A DNA stretch of 50,389 bases from a virus (Duplodnaviria > Caudoviricetes), in IMG/VR virus record IMGVR_UViG_3300044878_000071, positions 1-50,389 of that record. The stretch is one strand, 5' to 3'. How positions within the stretch are numbered: position 1 is the stretch's first letter; the number at the start of each line of letters is the position of its first letter. Below are positions 44,973-50,389 of this stretch, piece by piece. The position numbers and the translations under genes were made by a program. The notes under the pieces were generated by a model. The model made no database searches. It saw only the letters and a program-made list of their open reading frames with translations, and was not told where the DNA came from.

Positions 44973-47045
44973 ATGACAATTTACGCAACCGGCAACGCGG
45001 TCGGCTCGACCAACCCGAAAGACCTGCTCGACAACGCGCAGAACATCGATTACTGGGTCTTGGGTCCACTGCTCAGCTACCCGGATCGACTCGGCGCGAA
45101 TCGCCCCTCATGGGCAGGCATCGAGGCGTCGTTTGCTGCCGCTCAGACTCAGCGAACATCTGATTTCAATGCTGCGCAGGATCAAAGGGCCGCCGACTTC
45201 AGTGCAGCCCAGGCCCAGCGTGCATCTGACTACGCCGCATCAGAGGCGAGCCGAGGCTATGAAACCCCGGTGCCGTATGTTGCCGGCATCGCCCTGACTC
45301 GCGTAACGCAGCTCGTTCAGTACAACTCCGAGCTGTACAAGGCGAAAGCTGGCACTCTGCCATGGACGACAACTGGAGTGTGGGCGACCGATTCGGCCAA
45401 GCTGGTATCGGTAGGCGATGCGGCGCTGCGGCAAAATCTTGCTGACCCGTCAATAGGCGCCAGTATTGTCGTCGTGAAGCAGGTCGGAACAGGCGCGGCA
45501 ACCCGAACCGCTAAGGACAAGCTTAATGAGTTCCCTTCGCTAGCCGATTACGGTGGCGTTGCTGACTGGAACGGCACCACCGGGGCTGACAACAAAGCCG
45601 CCCTTGATAAGTTGTTTGCAGCGCATGACGCATGTTACGTCCTCCCTGGGCGCTGGCGATGCAACTCATCCGTCGATGTTCCGGCTGGGAAAAAAGTGAT
45701 ATTCCTCGGGGGCGGCGAACTTGTGTTTACAACCGGCTCCCTGCGGATGGCCGCCAACACTTTGGCCGACCATGCATTTGTATCCGGTAACGGTAAGACC
45801 AACGCGGCCAGTGGTTTCTCTATTCTTGCTGGTGCGGATAACGTAACGCTGAATTACCCTAAAGTTAGAAGCGTCTATAACAATGGCGTGGACAACGGTT
45901 CGGGCGCGGACAACTTAAAGATTCTAAAACCAGACTTTGACGACATCGGCGGAACCGGGATTAACCCGACCTTTCAAGGGATGGGTGTGTACTCGCAAGG
46001 CGGGGACGATTTGCTCGTTGAGGGTGGCGAAATTCAGCGCACTTATGGAGAGGCCGCAGTCTTCATTAATGGTGGCGCCAACCCCTCGGTGTGCAGAGTG
46101 TATATCCACGACACCTTCTATCGTGGCATTGAGTTGTTTGGAAGCCCTACCAATGCCCTGCTCGGTTGGAACATAATCCGCAGAACCGGCGCGATAAACA
46201 CCACCACCAGTGGGGTCGGTTGCAACGGCATTTACAGCATCGTTGCAAGCCAGCGAGACGCATGGATTGTTGGTAACGATATTGAAGACGTTGCGGAAAA
46301 TGGCATTGAAGGCAACGGCACTATCGAGCACAACAAGGTAAACCGAACCGGCTACCGAAACTTAACCACTCCAAGCAAGGAAGGGATTTTTCTAAACACT
46401 CGGGCTGCATGCAGGTTTAATACCGTTAGCAACGCACAGGGTGACGGCATCAAAGCGTTCTCATCCGTAAGCGGTCAGGAAAACGACATAGCATGGAACA
46501 CTATCAACAACCCGGTAGGTGCCGGTGTTACCGTTCAGGTTGACGGTGCAGGGGTAGTGTTTGGCAAGCTTAACGTAGTGGGAACTACGGTATACGGCGC
46601 AAACGACCCGTCGAAGCTGGGGCTTAACATTTTTCGCTCTAACGGTGCTGTATTCGACCTGAACAACTCTTCCGTAACGGATAACACTGTATTCGGGCGG
46701 GCGAACAACGCGATTTCCAGCTTCATCGGAGTAGTGGGTAGAAACTCGTTCGACCCGACATTGGAGTACTTTGGCGACGTTACCGGAACAGCTAGCAAGG
46801 CTAAGTCGTTCACGATGATATTTAACGCGCCGATCACCGTCGCCAGAGCGGCTTTGGCTAACACGGCAAACCCGGCCAAGGGTGACATCTTGCGCGTAGT
46901 GCGTGCCGCGACAGCCACCGGGGCCTTTTCGATCAACGTCCAAGGCTCGGCGGGGACGATCAAGGCGCTATCCGCTGCCGGACAATGGGCCGACTTTGCA
47001 TACGACGGTGCCACATGGGCCTTGGCCGCGTTCGGTAGTCTTTAA
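44973..47045 (+). CDS. Tailspike with parallel beta-helix (pectate-lyase-like depolymerase)
   Basis: Anchor YATGNAVGSTNPKDLLDNA; DYGGVAD..DNKAA start of beta-helix; N/G-rich rungs. Confidence 0.85.
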   Translation: MTIYATGNAVGSTNPKDLLDNAQNIDYWVLGPLLSYPDRLGANRPSWAGIEASFAAAQTQRTSDFNAAQDQRAADFSAAQAQRASDYAASEASRGYETPVPYVAGIALTRVTQLVQYNSELYKAKAGTLPWTTTGVWATDSAKLVSVGDAALRQNLADPSIGASIVVVKQVGTGAATRTAKDKLNEFPSLADYGGVADWNGTTGADNKAALDKLFAAHDACYVLPGRWRCNSSVDVPAGKKVIFLGGGELVFTTGSLRMAANTLADHAFVSGNGKTNAASGFSILAGADNVTLNYPKVRSVYNNGVDNGSGADNLKILKPDFDDIGGTGINPTFQGMGVYSQGGDDLLVEGGEIQRTYGEAAVFINGGANPSVCRVYIHDTFYRGIELFGSPTNALLGWNIIRRTGAINTTTSGVGCNGIYSIVASQRDAWIVGNDIEDVAENGIEGNGTIEHNKVNRTGYRNLTTPSKEGIFLNTRAACRFNTVSNAQGDGIKAFSSVSGQENDIAWNTINNPVGAGVTVQVDGAGVVFGKLNVVGTTVYGANDPSKLGLNIFRSNGAVFDLNNSSVTDNTVFGRANNAISSFIGVVGRNSFDPTLEYFGDVTGTASKAKSFTMIFNAPITVARAALANTANPAKGDILRVVRAATATGAFSINVQGSAGTIKALSAAGQWADFAYDGATWALAAFGSL

Positions 47046-47050
47046 TGATT

Positions 47051-47072
47051 GCCCGCTTCGGCGGGCTTTTTT
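47051..47072 (+). terminator. Intrinsic terminator
   Basis: GCCCGC-TTCG-GCGGGC plus T run. Confidence 0.8.
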
Positions 47073-47088
47073 ACGCCTTGGAGAAACC

Positions 47089-47703
47089 ATGGTCACTATC
47101 ACAAGGCAGCAGTTGCTGCAGATCCTCCCGAACGCCGGCCCAGTTGCCGGCGTTTTTGTGTCCGCGCTGAATGATGCGATGGCACGCTTTAAGATCGACA
47201 CCCGCCTGCGTGTGGCCGCGTTCTTGGCGCAAGTCGGGCATGAGTCAGGCCAGCTGCGCACCCTGGTCGAAAACCTGAACTACAGCGTCGAAGGCTTGAT
47301 CCGCACCTGGCCGAAGCGCTTCAGCCTGCTGACGGCCACCGCTGCCGCCCGAAAGCCTGAGCATATCGCGAACATCGTCTACGCCTCACGCTTGGGCAAT
47401 GGACCTGCGGTGACCGGTGACGGCTGGAAGTACCGAGGGCGCGGATGCTTTCAGGTGACCGGCTGGGTCAACTATCAGGCGTGCGGCTCAGCCCTCAACC
47501 TGGACCTGCTGACCAAGCCGGAACTGCTGGAGCAGCCAGCCTATGCCGCGCTGTCGGCCGCCTGGTTCTGGTCGAGCAACGGCCTGAGCGAACTGGCGGA
47601 CGCCGGGCATTTCGAGGCGATCACCCGCAAGGTGAATGGTGGATTGAATGGCCAGGCCGATCGGCTGGCAATTTATGAGCGTGCGCTGAAAGTGCTGGGG
47701 TAG
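47089..47703 (+). CDS. Endolysin, glycoside hydrolase family 19
   Basis: AAFLAQVGHES..ENLNYS..YRGRG..Q.TG..NY..SAAWFW..NGG.NG..DR. Confidence 0.93.
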   Translation: MVTITRQQLLQILPNAGPVAGVFVSALNDAMARFKIDTRLRVAAFLAQVGHESGQLRTLVENLNYSVEGLIRTWPKRFSLLTATAAARKPEHIANIVYASRLGNGPAVTGDGWKYRGRGCFQVTGWVNYQACGSALNLDLLTKPELLEQPAYAALSAAWFWSSNGLSELADAGHFEAITRKVNGGLNGQADRLAIYERALKVLG

Positions 47704-47761
47704 TTTTGCCGGCAGAACGCCGTAGATGGGGCGCCCGAAGGCGCCTTGTGTGGCGGGAGGC

Positions 47762-48502
47762 TTACTTACGATTGCGCAGGACGTACAGGAAAAACATCGG
47801 GATGCCGATGACATAGCGCTGAAACATCCGGCGCGGCTCCTTGTACAGGCGGTACAGCCACTCCATGCCGGTCTTGCGCATCCACATCGGAGCCCGGTCC
47901 ACGCGTTTGGCGGCAAAGTCGATGATCGCGCCGCCGCAGATGATCACCGCGGCGCCGCTCAGGCGGTCTTTCAGCAGCTGGGCGACGCGCTCCTGCTTCG
48001 GCATGCCCATAGCCAGGACTATGACCGGCATGTGCCCAGGCTGATGGTTAGCGCTGAGAAAATCGACATAGGCCTGATCATCCTGAAACCCGTCGATGAT
48101 GTGCGCGGCATCGGATTCAAACAGCGCTGCAGCACCCTGGCTCAGCCATGGCTCCTGGGTGCCCATGGCGAAGTACTCCAGCTGCTGCTGCGAGCTGGTG
48201 CGCAATTTGGTCAGCAGCTTAGGGATGAAGTCGGTTCCGTTTAGGTTGAGGCCGGGGTCTATGCCGTTAAGTTTGCAGGCCATCTTGATGCCGATACCGT
48301 CGCGCAGCAGGTAGTCCATGTCATGGAACGGCTTGAACAGTCCGGGCTGCCGCTCAATAAGGTTGTAGCCGTGCTGGTTTAGAAAGCCTACAACAAGACC
48401 CTTGTTCGTCCGACTCACCTGATTCAGCATGCGCTCATAGCCGTCGGTATCCAACAGGGTCAGTTGGTTTAGTATTGCGTCACTGCTCATCATTTCTGTC
48501 AT
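47762..48502 (-). CDS. WecB/TagA/CpsF-family glycosyltransferase (moron)
   Basis: DGIGI..NGTDF, LAMGMPKQE, GGAIIDF, RAPMWMRKTGMEWLYRLYKEPRR. Confidence 0.92.
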   Translation of the reverse strand: MTEMMSSDAILNQLTLLDTDGYERMLNQVSRTNKGLVVGFLNQHGYNLIERQPGLFKPFHDMDYLLRDGIGIKMACKLNGIDPGLNLNGTDFIPKLLTKLRTSSQQQLEYFAMGTQEPWLSQGAAALFESDAAHIIDGFQDDQAYVDFLSANHQPGHMPVIVLAMGMPKQERVAQLLKDRLSGAAVIICGGAIIDFAAKRVDRAPMWMRKTGMEWLYRLYKEPRRMFQRYVIGIPMFFLYVLRNRK

Positions 48503-49022
48503 GGTCGATTCCAGTCAACAAGGCAAGCCCATTGCAAGGGCTTCATCCGTGAGAAAACGCAAGATTGCGCTGGTTATGGTATTAGGTTTTCAGGGGCTTC
48601 CGCTATAGACGGAGCGCCCGCAGGCGCCTGAGGCGTGGGTTATGATATAAACAAATTGCTCGCTTCCAAGACTCCCATCATTGCCTGGATTCGTTCCGGT
48701 TTAATTTTATCCTCTCTTCCGCCATCAGAGCCCTGTCAATCCTCAGTTTAAGTCCGCCCGTTATTACATTGCCGCGAATAGGGTTTGGAAGCATGTGGCA
48801 AACCCCTTGGCGATCGTTCGTCATGTCTGGACTGATTGCAGTCCATCCATTCCCGTGAGGGTTGTGCGTCCAGGTCACCTCCTCGGCGCACTTCTCTGGG
48901 TTTTGGCATGAGCCATTCATCATGGTTTCATCCTGGTCAGTTATTGATTGTCGCGAATCTTAGCCGCTGTGGTTGCGATGCGCTCGGCCACGTTCTCACG
49001 CCGGAAGGTAAATTGTTTTCAT

Positions 49023-49098
49023 CCGGGGGATTTAAACCCCCGGTCGGTCGTTGTATTCCGTGGCCTGTAGCGGTGCGGTAGCTGAAAAGCTGCTGAAA
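49023..49098. other. Attachment-site-like element
   Basis: CCGGGGG-ATTTAAA-CCCCCGG (7-bp spacer) plus GCTGAAA direct repeats at 49081 and 49092. Confidence 0.4.
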
Positions 49099-49132
49099 CC
49101 GCATTTGGGCGTGACTGATAGTCCCTTTCGAG

Positions 49133-49630
49133 TCACCCGTTTTTTTCGATGCCGGCAGCGCGCTTCATGAAGGTGATCCAGTGAGTATTTCCGCGCTTAC
49201 CCGACTTGTGTCCAAACAGGGGCTTTTCGTCGGTCAGTGCCAGCAGCTCGCTTACAGCCACTTGAATTTCATTCCACTTGAAAATCAGAAACCCTTCAGG
49301 CTCCAGCACTCGGAAGCATTCGGCAAATCCCTTTCGGATGTCGTCACGCCAGTCATTGGTCAGGACGCCGTATTTTGCGCGCATCCAACTGTCGACTCCG
49401 GCCCGGGTCAAGTGCGGCGGATCGAACACGACCATTCGGAACGTGCCGCTATCGAAGGGGAGCTGGCGAAAGTCCATCAGAACATCGGGCTCAACCTTCA
49501 GCACGCGACCATCACAAAGCAGGTGATTTTCGTCGCGGATGTCGCCGAACAGGGCGCGCTGGTCGTCCTTGTCGAACCACATCATCCGACTAGCGCTGCA
49601 TGGGTCGAGAATTTTTGCCGCTGCACTCAT
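49133..49630 (-). CDS. Small SAM-dependent methyltransferase-like protein
   Basis: ILDPC..SRMMWF, VVFDPPH, ECFRVL..LIFKWNE. Confidence 0.85.
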   Translation of the reverse strand: MSAAAKILDPCSASRMMWFDKDDQRALFGDIRDENHLLCDGRVLKVEPDVLMDFRQLPFDSGTFRMVVFDPPHLTRAGVDSWMRAKYGVLTNDWRDDIRKGFAECFRVLEPEGFLIFKWNEIQVAVSELLALTDEKPLFGHKSGKRGNTHWITFMKRAAGIEKNG

Positions 49631-49857
49631 GGCTCAAGTCCTCGCTCAATCTGGTGTTGCATCAGGTTGGCATTGATCAGGCCGCGCAAAGGATGCTCTT
49701 GCGGAACGTGCTCGCGGGCCTGTTTGAGCAGATCGGCCAGTTCGTCGATCCTGGCTGACGCGGCATCAAAGTCGGTGGCCAGCACGCATTCACCATCCTT
49801 GTTTGGGAAGTGTTCCTGCATGTGCCAGTTGGCCATCCAGCGCTTCACGTCGCTCAT
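49627..49857 (-). CDS. Hypothetical phage protein
   Basis: MSDVKRW..DGECVLATDFDA; coupled. Confidence 0.65.
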   Translation of the reverse strand: MSDVKRWMANWHMQEHFPNKDGECVLATDFDAASARIDELADLLKQAREHVPQEHPLRGLINANLMQHQIERGLEP

Positions 49858-50306
49858 TGCTCACTCTCCTTGCTCACGGCGTACTTCAGCGCCTCGGCCA
49901 CCTGATCAGCCATATCGCCAGAGTCGCCAAATTCCTCGTCGACAGTTTCGCCACTTGCGTCTAGCAAGCTCACGGTGCCGGCATCGCGCTCTATCTCAAT
50001 AACAACCTGCCACCCATCAGGGAGACTGCCAGCCGCCATCTGGACGTTCTGGTACAGCTCTGCCTGCCGTTGTGTGTGCCGATGAAAAAAGGCGTCCTTG
50101 CGTAGCGCCTCGACCTCACCCTTCAGATGGTCGCGCTCGGCAGTCACATCGATCAACTGAGCGGCCAAGCAATCGCACTTCCCGAGCCATTCGCCGTCGA
50201 GCTGGTGCACGTCGCCCGAATCGCCACAGCTCCAGCACGACGGGCCGTGTCGCCAAACCTCAAGCTCTTGCTCAAGTTGTTGGTAGGTCTGTTTGGTCTC
50301 GCTCAT
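49854..50306 (-). CDS. Hypothetical phage protein
   Basis: AAGGAG RBS; shares its C-terminal domain with 13451..13921. Confidence 0.7.
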   Translation of the reverse strand: MSETKQTYQQLEQELEVWRHGPSCWSCGDSGDVHQLDGEWLGKCDCLAAQLIDVTAERDHLKGEVEALRKDAFFHRHTQRQAELYQNVQMAAGSLPDGWQVVIEIERDAGTVSLLDASGETVDEEFGDSGDMADQVAEALKYAVSKESEQ

Positions 50307-50389
50307 TGCGCGATCTCCTTTTTCGGCGTAAAGCGCGACGGCGCCCAGTCGCACACTTCATCCTCGGGGATATGCCCGAACATCATCGT
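50303..50389 (-). CDS. 3' end of a small phage protein cut by the window edge
   Basis: ...TMMFGHIPEDEVCDWAPSRFTPKKEIAQ*; stop overlaps next ATG. Confidence 0.5.
   Translation of the reverse strand, partial: TMMFGHIPEDEVCDWAPSRFTPKKEIAQ

Noticed and set aside
45130-45245. Triple AAQ-QR-SDF repeat in the tailspike as a DGR template/variable repeat
   Set aside because: It is an in-frame helical linker repeat; no reverse transcriptase or adenine-specific variation
48503-49130. Protelomerase target or XerCD dif site
   Set aside because: No long telRL-type palindrome, no protelomerase gene, no match to the dif consensus
6395-49137. Repeats as a CRISPR array or REP/IS ends
   Set aside because: Copies are dispersed, not regularly spaced with unique spacers; no cas or transposase genes
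1-50389. Window as an exactly complete circular genome
   Set aside because: The two ends cut different minus-strand genes and show no terminal overlap, so some sequence is missing

Overview
The window holds most of a lambdoid-like siphophage genome, probably from a Pseudomonas host (inferred from about 60% GC and the gene families). Both ends cut through early-region genes. Layout: a leftward early operon (HNH, Ssb, YqaJ exonuclease, Bet); a divergent control region; cro plus an RHH protein; lambda-O/P-like replication with iterons; a parA-parG partition cassette; a nin-like region with a nucleotide-hydrolase pair; a Q/AlpA-like late regulator; holins; complete head and tail modules with a G-GGA-AAG frameshift; a beta-helix tailspike; a GH19 endolysin; a WecB/TagA glycosyltransferase moron; and an att-like site with no adjacent integrase. 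The most notable points are: (1) pL/OL and pR/OR sit back-to-back with no cI between them, while a type Ib partition system with three matching 35-bp candidate centromere sites is present, suggesting a cI-less phage-plasmid; (2) an 18-bp two-heptad motif (RGTCYCT-N4-RGGGACY and variants) recurs about 14 times, mostly at gene-cluster boundaries; (3) a structured, GGA-rich RNA of about 340 nt in the late leader resembles an Rsm/Csr sponge; (4) no spanin is recognisable. All family calls come from reading motifs and synteny by eye; no database searches were run.
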